Origin: Octopus sinensis
Lineage: Eukaryota
Direction of reading: 5' to 3'
Assembly: GCF_006345805.1 (NCBI RefSeq)
Contig: NW_021827406.1
Span: 1 to 10,467 of the forward strand
DNA: 10,467 nt
A program made the translations under genes and the position numbers. Positions 1 to 9,145 of the stretch are shown here, in pieces (position 1 is the stretch's first letter; each line of letters starts with the position of its first letter). The notes under the pieces were generated by a model. That model saw only the letters and a program-made list of their open reading frames with translations. It was not told the DNA's origin and did not search any database.

Positions 1-46
1 AAATCACCGTGCCGCAACTTGTTTACTGGCACGCATTGAGAGAGAT

Positions 47-492
47 GCAGTCACATGTACACCCACGTATACACATACATACGTATTCAATCACACATAA
101 ACACCGATACTTATACACATATACATATACACATATACATATACACATATACATATACACATATACATACTTGCTCGACTGGCTTCCACACGCATCTGTA
201 CAGTACCTTCACAGACGCATACACAGACACACACACATATATATATACATATATAAATAAATACATACATACATATATACATACACACACACGTACACAC
301 ACATACACACATATATATATATAAGTACATTCATACATACGTTCATACATTCACATAGACACAAATATAATTACACTCGCATATATATATGCATCTGTGT
401 GTGTGTATATGTATATATATATAAATGTATATATGTATATATATTCATAAATACATATGTGTATGTATGTCCATATTTCTGTCTCTTTGTAT
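47..492. repeat. Degenerate compound microsatellite (AC/AT/ACAT, then GT/AT)
   Basis: Continuous ACAT/ATAC/AT/AC units; the overlapping ORFs are only H/T/Y/I or C/V/Y/M repeats. Confidence 0.95.
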
Positions 493-675
493 GTATGTGT
501 ATACTCTCTTTGTCCGCCATTGCATCTTTCTTTCTCTATTCTTAGTGATTTAGATAATAAATGAGAATTTTTAGAGTATCTCAGTAAATATTCTATATTC
601 GAAATATAAGCTTTTCTTTAATTCATCTACAAACCTTCTCCTTCTCTCTCCACATCTGTATAAAAGCATACACTG

Positions 676-733
676 AGCGCGTGTGCGCGCACACACACAC
701 ACATACATACAAATACACGTGAATACACACATG
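676..733. repeat. Short (CA)n/(ACAT)n microsatellite
   Basis: gcgcgtgtgcgcgcacacacacacacatacatacaaatacacgtgaatacacac. Confidence 0.8.
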
Positions 734-1107
734 TCTAATTTGTATTGTAGCAGCTGCAATGACGAAATCATATCGCTATGAATTATGTATGTTCATCACA
801 TTTTATAAGTTTTCTCTCATTTGAAAGTACGCTATAAGCTAAACTGACTGATATTTACCAGTAAGTTTCCGTTGGTTATGTTTTCATTTGAATATGTAAA
901 CCTTCTCCGCTAAACATAAAGTGTAGGGGAAAACTTTAGCTGTTGGTGTGCTCAATGAGTGAGTTCGTTTGTGTGGGAGGAATGATATTGTGAACACAAC
1001 TTTAAAAAACCTCGTTAATAATGTGGGGATCCAACATAATATGAGATTTTTCTAAGGTTTACGGAATGTCGTACCTGTATATTGTGTTGTTGTTCTGTAT
1101 AGTTTAA

Positions 1108-1262
1108 CTTTTGTGCTTGTTTCGGTCATTGGTCTGCGGCCAGGCTGGTGCACCGCCTTGAAATGATTTAGTCGCACAAAGCAACTCCAGTACTTATCTT
1201 TTTTTCTAAGCGTGATACTTATTTTATCGAATTCTTTAGCAGAGCCCTTAATTTATGAAAAC
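1108..1262 (-). mobile_element. 3' fragment of a CORE-type tRNA SINE (octopus OR2-like), diverged
   Basis: Its reverse complement matches the 3' part of the in-window copy at ~6190-6325: tgcttgtttcggtcattggtctgcggc...caccgcctt versus aaggcgccgc...tagccgtagtcaagtgacagaaacaagcaaaag. The family name is recalled, not searched. Confidence 0.75.
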
Positions 1263-1293
1263 TATTTCGTTGGCGTGTATACATGCAAGCATG

Positions 1294-1299
1294 CATACA

Positions 1300-1391
<92 letters not shown>

Positions 1392-1472
1392 GTGTGTGTG
1401 GTGTGGTGGTGTGTGTGTGTGTGGGTGTGTGTGTGTGTGTGTGTGTTGTGTGTGTGTGTATGTGTGGGTTGT
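1294..1472. repeat. Compound microsatellite (CATA)n-(TA)n-(GT)n
   Basis: Directly visible perfect and near-perfect tracts. Confidence 0.97.
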
Positions 1473-1674
1473 ATGTATTATGGCAAATGAAAGACGGAAG
1501 ATGAATAAACGAAATTTATTATTAATTGCGACAATTGTTTCAACACATCTACCATCGATTCCTCATGGGTTGGACACTCAACAACTGGTTCAGGAGCATT
1601 CGGTGGTGCAGTTGTATCTCGTCGGGTGATAAATAGATACAACCCGTTAAAATAACAGTTCCGCTATGTCACTT

Positions 1675-1892
1675 CTTGTTTAGTAGTTAGGGTGTTGTAC
1701 GCAACTCATGATCGTAAGACTGTAGTTTCGATTCTCTGACAGAGCGATGCGTGACGTTTTTGAGCAAAGCACTTCTATTTCACTCATCTGGCAAAAATAG
1801 CAATCCTGCGACGGACCAACGCCCCAGGAGAGGGAGAAGTACGCTACTGAATATGGGAAATCGGCCTTATGACCCCATGGCTCGGAAAGGGT
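1675..1892 (+). mobile_element. Degenerate tRNA-derived SINE with CORE-like central domain
   Basis: A-box-like TGTTTAGTAGTTAGG near 1677; B-box GTTTCGATTC at 1725-1734; CORE-like gtttttgagcaaagcacttc at ~1756-1775; then ctgcgacggac...gggaaatcggcc...ggctcggaaagg, which resembles LINE-derived SINE tails. Confidence 0.7.
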
Positions 1893-1975
1893 TGTTGTTT
1901 TATATATAAAACACAGTAATACTTGACTTTATGAGGACCCGTTTTACGAGATCTACCGGGTTTATGAGTTTTATT

Positions 1976-2220
1976 TTTCAAGCACAAGATCGAAATTTCG
2001 AACGAAGTGCAACATTTTCTACTACCATAACAAATGCTTCTGCGTGTTGCAGAAAAAATTACAGGGACCAAAAAAGAAGAAAAGCTTCTTCTAAACAAAC
2101 AACTCTAGACTTGATTTTAAAAAGAAATCTACAAGTCCGGCTACGAGTGCTTGTGAATCCCGCAGTCTGAGAGATTCAGGCGCCTTTGGTGCTAAATTCG
2201 AAATCATTTTATCAAATTAA
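1976..2220 (+). pseudogene. pogo/Tigger-family DNA transposase C-terminal remnant with a frameshift
   Basis: The translation FQAQDRNFERSATFSTTITNASACCRKNYRDQKRRKASSKQTTLDL, followed after a 1-nt shift near 2114 by FKKKSTSPATSA...SN* (TAA 2218-2220), aligns with recalled Tigger1/Tigger2 C-termini (D-NFERS-T...N--AC-R...QT[ST]L..[FY]FKK; FEAQD-N-ER). Confidence 0.7.
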
Positions 2221-2471
2221 CTAGCATTCCTCCTACAACCTTGGCGGAGGTAAGACGCTATTCTTCTTCACCAATGTTTTCCCCCATCGCGACTGTTTTC
2301 TTCTGTGGCTTAGTGATTCTTCGGTGGGTTGGAAGAGGTCCACAATGAGGGGAAGGCGCTTTGGCTACACAATTCGACTCATAGTGGAAACGATTGGTGC
2401 AATCAAGACAGAATTGGAAGAGCATTGTGAGCGTCGGTGTATAACAGCAGCTGATCTTCTGGTCGATACTG

Positions 2472-2473
<2 letters not shown>

Positions 2474-2518
<45 letters not shown>

Positions 2519-2524
2519 TATATA
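2474..2524. repeat. (AT)n microsatellite
   Basis: Perfect AT run at 2474-2516 with a short imperfect tail. Confidence 0.97.
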
Positions 2525-2780
2525 CTAATATGTCAGTTGATGGGCTCCACTACCTCAAATGTTCGTAAAATTTAAATCCACATCTTTGTCTATGTATCTA
2601 CCTTCTCTATAATGTTGCCACTTGATATAAAAATTTTTGTATTAATGGAAAACCTCTATAATTGGCTAATGAGTGCTCAGCATTTTAGAACTGTTGTAAT
2701 ACTTACAACATTTAATAAAATGATGTAGTACGAAACGATCGTACCAAATTACCGGAGTCATTCTTGTTGCTTATTTTGAT

Positions 2781-2930
2781 TATATATATATATATATATA
2801 TATGTGTGTTGTGTGTGTGTGTGTGTGTATGTATAAAAACACACGCACACATATACGAACATGCACACACTCACACACACAGGTACTTCCTCGCCTCTCT
2901 CTCTCCCCATACATATATGAGCGTGTGCGT
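2781..2930. repeat. Compound (TA)n-(GT)n-(CA)n-(CT)n microsatellite
   Basis: Directly visible tracts. Confidence 0.9.
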
Positions 2931-3544
2931 GCTAAAACTGACAATGAGATTCAAAGTTGTATAATTAATTTTGTTATTACAATGTGTGTGTGTGGGCAAA
3001 CGTTGTTTATGACTGAATGTGTGACATATGAGATGCGAGAGCAGGTGTAATGATAACGGAAAGATAGCTATAGAGACGCTCAGAAAAGAAGCGCACTGCT
3101 GTTTACTGTTACACAGACACGCGTTGCCAACTGATTGACGTTGTGGAATTGTTTGTCCGACATCATTTCCATTCGGTTATTTGCAAAGGAATCCTTTTCC
3201 TAGGGCATCGCTTTCTGAAGACAGATGAAACGTGAAGGGGTCATGAGGATTTTCTAAAGGAACGTAATCAAATACCACAATACGTTTTGTCTGTCACCCT
3301 ACAGATTATATGAACCCCACGCCGTTTATATGTTTTAATATATACCATAAATTAACACGCACACACACACACATGTACACTGAATATATACTATATCCAA
3401 TACATACCACATCTTAAGATATGTATACATACGTATAATGATAGACATTATATAACATTACTTAATACGTAATTTATCTTAACATACACCCCACGTTATA
3501 TATACGCTTAACGGACACAACGAGGCGAGTAGGATTTTTAACAT

Positions 3545-3606
3545 GATGGTCTGCTGAAGAGAATTAAGGAATAACCCAAAATTCGAAATCATGATACGGG
3601 TATATC
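3545..3606 (+). ncRNA. Putative minimal type-I hammerhead ribozyme (Penelope-like element type)
   Basis: Stem I GTCTG 3549-3553 / CGGGT 3597-3601, plus GAT 3545-3547 / ATC 3604-3606. Core CTGAAGA 3554-3560. Stem II GAATT 3561-3565 / AATTC 3580-3584 with the canonical G10.1-C11.1 pair. GAAA 3585-3588. Palindromic stem III ATCATGAT 3588-3595. AUA cleavage triplet 3594-3596. Confidence 0.72.
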
Positions 3607-3853
3607 TGTTACCTCATTCTACAAGTCTCAGCTGAGGTGGTATATAAAATTTCTTTGCTCGTTTGCCCGATCATCTGTTGGTCCGTTATGTTTTTCAGGG
3701 AGACAAAGGCTTATTTCAGGATTTTAGCTCTTAATTCTAGCAAGCTGGTACTTTGTGTACCCTCTAATATAATTACAAATTAATGACAGAATTTTATCTT
3801 TTAGCTATTTAACGGCACTATTGCTTGCTGGCCACTGATATTGTTATTATTAA

Positions 3854-4232
3854 TCTCTCTCTATATAAACGGCAGTTTGTCTGTGCGTTTTCTGTGTGTC
3901 TGTTTTCTCGTACCCTCACTCTGACCACGGCTTTCAACCGATTCTGATGAAACTTGACACACACATAGCCCAATGTCATAATTCAAAACTAACGCAGCGA
4001 AAATTTTGAAAAGTTCCCCCAGTTCTGAAAAAAATCGATAAATTCGACATGGGGTCGAGAATCAGAAACCCAAACCACAGACCGTCTAGGGGACTCCACC
4101 TTTTTTAACTCTCAAAAAAAATTTACCATCATTTTTTTCCCATTTTTTTGCTATTTTTTGGCTATAACTATCTAAAAATGCTTTATAGTTATTTCCCTTA
4201 CAAACCTGAGCAACGCCGGGCGATACTGCTAG
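3854..4232 (+). mobile_element. Non-autonomous Helitron (379 bp), both termini intact
   Basis: Sits between A3853 and T4233, starts with TC and ends with CTAG (4229-4232). A GC-rich subterminal hairpin CCTGAGC-AAC-GCCGGG at 4205-4220 lies 8 nt before CTAG. No target-site duplication. These are canonical Helitron hallmarks. Confidence 0.88.
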
Positions 4233-4244
4233 TTATTGCTACAA

Positions 4245-4810
4245 AGCGGCGAGCTGGCAGAAACGTTAGCACACCTGGCGAAGTACTTAGCGGTATTTCG
4301 TCTGCTCTTACGTTCTGAGTTCAAATTCCGCCGAGGTCGACTTTGCCTTTCATACTTTCGGGATCGATGAATTAAGTACCAGTTACGCACTGGGATCGAT
4401 GTAATCGACTTAATACCTATGTCTGTCCTTGTTTGTCCCCTCTATGTTTAGCCCGTTGTGGGTAATAAAGAAATAAGTATTTCGTCTACCGTTACGTTCT
4501 GGGTTCAAATTCCGCAGAGGTCGACTTTGCCTTTCATCCTTTCGGGGTCGATAAATTAAGTACCAGATACGCACTGGAGTCGATATAATCGACTTAATCC
4601 ATTTGTCTGTCCTTGTTTGTCCTTCCTGTGTTTAGCCCCTTGTGGGTAGTAAAGAAATAGGTATTTCGTCTGTCTTTATGCTCTGAGTTCAAATTCCTTT
4701 CAGAGTCGACAAATTAAGACCCAGTTGCGTACTGGGGTCGATCTAATCAACTGGCCCCTCCCCCAAAATTTCGGGCCTTGTGCCTAGAATAGAAAATATT
4801 ATTAATTATT
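4245..4810 (+). mobile_element. tRNA-derived SINE (octopus OK/OR1-like) with a tandemly triplicated 184-bp body
   Basis: A-box-like TGGCAGAAACGTTAG 4255-4269 and B-box GAGTTCAAATTCC 4317-4329. Units starting gtatttcgtc at 4293, 4477 and 4661. Homologous to in-window copies at 8710, 8857 and 9146. Ends in a (TTA)-like tail. Confidence 0.9.
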
Positions 4811-4825
4811 GCTATACTTACTGCT

Positions 4826-4886
4826 GATAATAATAATAATTATAGTAATAATAATAATAATAATAATGATAATAATAATAATAATA

Positions 4887-4941
<55 letters not shown>

Positions 4942-5059
4942 CTGCGCTCGGTAGTGAAGTGAAAGCACACTATAAAAATAAAACTACTGAATAATAATAA
5001 TAATAAAAATGATGATAATAATAATAATAATTATAGTAATAATAATAATAATAATAATG

Positions 5060-5130
<71 letters not shown>
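4826..5130. repeat. Interrupted (AAT)n microsatellite, split by a 51-bp insert
   Basis: Long AAT runs with GAT, TATAGT and AT interruptions. Confidence 0.97.
4939..4989 (+). mobile_element. 51-bp unique insert, probably an extremely 5'-truncated 3' end of a non-LTR retrotransposon
   Basis: gagctgcgctcggtagtgaagtgaaagcacactataaaaataaaactactg, containing AATAAA at 4977-4982 and followed directly by an (AAT)n tail inside an AAT tract. Confidence 0.55.
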
Positions 5131-5131
<1 letters not shown>

Positions 5132-5652
5132 GGCAGTGGCTCTCATGGCTTCTGATCTTAACTGATTGGAAGTGTTATCATGTACATTGTTTTGTCTTGG
5201 TATAAAAGATGGTCTACAGCAAATATTCTGCTCAATACAACAGATTTGCTTGTCAGTTGTTTGACCTTAACCAGTTGAGCATGTCCCTTAGTGGCTGACG
5301 ATATGTGCATCTCTGATCACGAGCAGAAGTAGTGGGGTAGCATCATAGCCATGTGTTGAGAGGTATTCTTTGGGGTTTGAATAATTCACCTCTGGAAACA
5401 TGGGTGGTTCTTTCAACATCCTTAAACAACCCTTATTCAGGGACCTTTTGAGCGGGATGGGCTACTCAACCTGGGCCCCACCTGCAAGGTCATGTGCTGT
5501 TTATCTTGATATGAGATCACCATGTCGCGCACATATGGTTGTGATGCATGTGCCTGATGTACCCTTATCAGACGGGTAGTCATGATGGGTATATTGGGCT
5601 TCGTATATTTTACCCCAGTGTCACTTTGATGGCATGAACTGCTCTCTCACTC
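5132..5652 (+). mobile_element. 521-bp non-coding interspersed element in an (AAT)n tract (possible non-LTR 3' UTR or non-autonomous derivative)
   Basis: A sharp-edged, higher-GC block flanked by (AAT)n on both sides, with no long ORF and no terminal inverted repeats. It resembles a repeat I recall from octopus sequence. The strand is inferred from the 3' (AAT)15 tail. Confidence 0.6.

Positions 5653-5697
<45 letters not shown>
5653..5697. repeat. (AAT)15 perfect microsatellite
   Basis: 45 bp of perfect AAT. Confidence 0.97.
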
Positions 5698-5698
<1 letters not shown>

Positions 5699-5757
5699 TG
5701 TATACGAATATTCATTTGAATAGTTACTCGTATATATTTACTCATTTATATAATATT

Positions 5758-6350
<593 letters not shown>

Positions 6351-6352
6351 TA

Positions 6353-6491
6353 ATATATATATATATATATATGACACCTTAATACACACAAACACATACA
6401 CATGCGCATACACACACACATATAAAACACCTGATACATATTTAAATCCTAACATAGAACATATCTTAATATATACTACACCTGAAATATA

Positions 6492-6569
<78 letters not shown>
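6353..6569. repeat. Compound (AT)n/(AC)n/(ACAT)n/(AT)n microsatellite
   Basis: Directly visible tracts with short unique spacers. Confidence 0.9.
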
Positions 6570-6573
<4 letters not shown>

Positions 6574-6683
6574 CAATAAAATTCAATTTAATTAAATGAA
6601 TTTACTTGAATATGGTACCTAACTTAGATGCACCAAAAGAAAACTATACTGTTTTAACAATACAGTAATGTGGGGTGATTATA

Positions 6684-6757
6684 GCGAGAAAGAAGCAACA
6701 AGAATGGATAGGTTTTTAGTACTAAAAACCTATCCATTCTTGTTGCTTCTTTCTCGC
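6684..6757. repeat. Perfect 74-bp palindrome (two 37-bp arms, no spacer)
   Basis: gcgagaaagaagcaacaagaatggataggtttttagt | actaaaaacctatccattcttgttgcttctttctcgc; the arms are exact reverse complements, centred at 6720/6721. Confidence 0.99.
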
Positions 6758-6826
6758 GTATATATATATATATATACATATAAATTTTGTACGATTCTTT
6801 GATTCTGACTTTTGTCCCGCCTCATA

Positions 6827-7015
6827 CTTTCTTCTTTTCTTTTTCTCGCTCCCCCTCTCTTACAATTCGTGGCGCTCTCTTTCTTTAATTCCTACTTTTC
6901 CTCCTCGTTTATCTCCTTTGTCCCTTTCTCGTTGTCCCTTTGATTTTTCTTTCATTCCCTTTTTTCCTGCAATCCCTCGGCTCCCTTCCCTTCTCTCCAT
7001 CTCCCACGTGACCGA
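6827..7015. repeat. Pyrimidine-rich low-complexity tract
   Basis: The plus strand is predominantly C/T across ~190 bp. Confidence 0.85.
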
Positions 7016-8457
7016 CGGTGTTCGGCCAGCCATGATCTTCCTTTCTTGGCCTGACTGCCGACCGCCAACACCTCTTGTGCTCATCTCCTATCTTCCTGCC
7101 CCAAGGCTTTCATTCTATACACGCCAGCTCAATTTGATTCGTCCTCAGTCGAAAGACACCGCTTGTTATATTTTTGTTGTTTGTGTTTGTAATTGTGTAA
7201 CATGTTCTTCGTTTTATTGTCTTCGTTGTCGTATATATTTACTTGCTTTCTTACAAAAAATCTAAGCTTAGACTTTTTGGAGGAAACCAGATTTGAACAG
7301 ACCCAAGTGTAACTGCCTGAAACTGTAAGGACGATCTGGAAACTTGACTGGTGAAATAACGCCACGAATGACCCGTCCTTTCTTCTCCTGTCCCCTCTGT
7401 TGTTTTTCCTGTCCGCCTTTTATATCGTCGATCTGTCTAGATGTTTTATTGTCCTCTATTGCATTTTTGCTCCATTATATATATCATATCATACCTTTAT
7501 ATCTTAATATATACACTTCCTATTCTTGTCTTTCATTGCCAAAATTGTGCATCAATCAACTCACTCTACCGATATTTCTGCTAGAAGACTTGATACGTAT
7601 TCTCGTAATGACTCTCCTAATGAATATTAAATGTCTTGTCCAATGATCGTCTAAAACACGCGGTTAAGTTATCCATCTCATTGCACAACTTGAACTTTTT
7701 TTCTACCTTACGTCGAGTTAACAACAGTCTTTCAGGAGGATTTGCTTGACAGAAACTGTATGGAACAGCGCCAGACGGAACGTTGTTCTTAAGTGACATT
7801 TCTAATCTAACGCGCAGCTTAACGCAACCGTCATCTCGTCTCTCCGTGCTTTAAGCCGAGTCGACTCTATCGTAAGCATTGAGGCAGGGATCTTATATCT
7901 ATGTATATCTTCCTCTTCTTCTTCCTCTTCCTCCCACTAGCCTTCGAACCGCTGTAAAGCGTCACGGAATCTGCCCGTCGTCCCATGATTAACTTGTAAT
8001 AAAGAATACCAAATAATAAACTCTGACTGAACTGGTCGGAAAGCTGTGACCGGAAGTCTAATACTTTGTACCATTAGGTTGTGTGTCTCTCCTCATAAAT
8101 CAAATACAATTATTTAATTATAATCGATAAACACATATAAAAGACATAGCAATGAGATTTCGACCCGGAACTCAGGATTTCGCTTTTCTATCAACGTTGT
8201 CTCCTGCAAGAACTGCTTTTAGTTTTAAGTAGAGACCATATTGATTTCATCGATAATAGCTTTTATCCGGGAATTTTATGGTTTATTTCTGCAGTCCTGT
8301 TGGAATTAAGGTCTTTACTGATCTACTTATTGTTCCAAGAAATATTCCTTTCCTTCCATTTAGCCATATTGGATTAGTTCCACAGAACTGGCTCCGCTTC
8401 GAAAGATTTTTAGCACTTTCTTTAGGATTGGTTCGGAAAAGTTGGTATTTCCAACCG

Positions 8458-8676
8458 GCATCATCATAATTGTCGTCGTCGTGATTATCAGAATCATCCT
8501 GATCCTTCATCGTCCTCATCACCATAGCCATCATCACTATAACCGTCATCATCATCCTCAAACCTCCTCCTCATCGTCGTCGGCGTCGTTGTTGTCATCT
8601 CATCGTCATCATCATCTTCATCATTGTCATTAACATTTTCATCATCATCACCATCATGGTCGTCATCATCATCACC
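8458..8676. repeat. Degenerate (CAT)/(CGT)/(CAC) trinucleotide repeat
   Basis: catcatcat/cgtcgt/caccat units; these explain the poly-His, poly-Asp and poly-Met ORFs. Confidence 0.92.
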
Positions 8677-8709
8677 ATGGAGAAACTGATTTGCATTTTT
8701 TTCTTCAGA

Positions 8710-8842
8710 CACTTTATGCTCTGAGTTCAAATCCCATGTAACATTGCCTTTGCCTTTCATTCCTCCGGGGTCGAGAAAATTGGGTATCAGTGAAGTGCTG
8801 GAGTGGGGGCGATGACATCGACTTACACCCTCCCCTCAAAAG
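8710..8842 (+). mobile_element. 5'-truncated, diverged OK/OR1-like SINE
   Basis: ctctgagttcaaatccc...tttgcctttcattcctccggggtcga...gatgacatcgacttacaccctcccc aligns with the 4245 and 9146 copies. Confidence 0.8.
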
Positions 8843-8856
8843 CTACCTAAATCACA

Positions 8857-9083
8857 GAGCGCAGCGGCGCAATCGTTAGAGTGGCAGCAAAAAATACTTT
8901 TCATTATTTTTTCTCACCTCTTAACGTTCTGAGTTCAAATTTCGCCGAGGTTGACTTTGCCTTTCATTCTTTCGGGGTCAATAAATTAAGTACCAGTGAA
9001 ACACTGGGTTCGATGTAATCGACTTAATCCCTTCTCCCAAATAGAAAGGATCATCATCATCATCATCATCATCATTATCATCA

Positions 9084-9136
<53 letters not shown>

Positions 9137-9145
9137 GTTATTATT
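8857..9145 (+). mobile_element. OK/OR1-like SINE (8857-9050) with a (TCA)n-(TTA)n tail (9051-9145)
   Basis: Degenerate head gcggcgcaatcgttag; B-box gagttcaaatttc; body gccgaggttgactttgcctttcattctttcggggtcaataaattaagtaccag; an internal deletion before tagaaagga. Confidence 0.85.

Noticed and set aside
9-350. ORFs of 79-89 aa on both strands
   Set aside because: They are translations of dinucleotide and tetranucleotide repeats (HIYT/CVCV). The same applies to the ORFs at 1212-1629, 2764-3050, 5738-6244, 6231-6512 and 8283-8760.
571-655. Possible minus-strand terminal exon (acceptor ttttatacag, then CGERRRRFVDELKKSLYFEYRIFTEIL*)
   Set aside because: Short, with no recognisable homology and no supporting upstream exon. 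RNA-seq would be needed.
2692-2745. Small hairpins tgttgtaa-tac-ttacaaca and gtacga-aacga-tcgtac
   Set aside because: Stems of 6-8 bp in AT-rich DNA are expected by chance.
3215-3235. Second hammerhead-like string CTGAAGA-cagat-GAAA-cgtg
   Set aside because: No stem II pairing and no NUH triplet after stem III.
4245-4330. tRNA gene
   Set aside because: A and B boxes are present, but there is no cloverleaf and the sequence continues into a SINE body, so this is a SINE head.
4293-4790. CRISPR-like or satellite array
   Set aside because: The 184-bp units are whole SINE bodies with no unique spacers, in a eukaryotic context with no cas genes.
7100-7150. Minus-strand CTGAGGA with a downstream GAAA
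   Set aside because: Stem II does not pair, and there is no stem III or UH cleavage site.
7196-7515. Solo-LTR-like segment (TG...CA ends, TATAAAAGG and AATAAA on the minus strand, purine run next to one end)
   Set aside because: No matching target-site duplication, no primer-binding site, no second LTR and no gag/pol similarity I can defend.
8278-8469. 63-aa ORF with a plausible splice acceptor at ~8294
   Set aside because: No recognisable domain, and it runs into a trinucleotide repeat.
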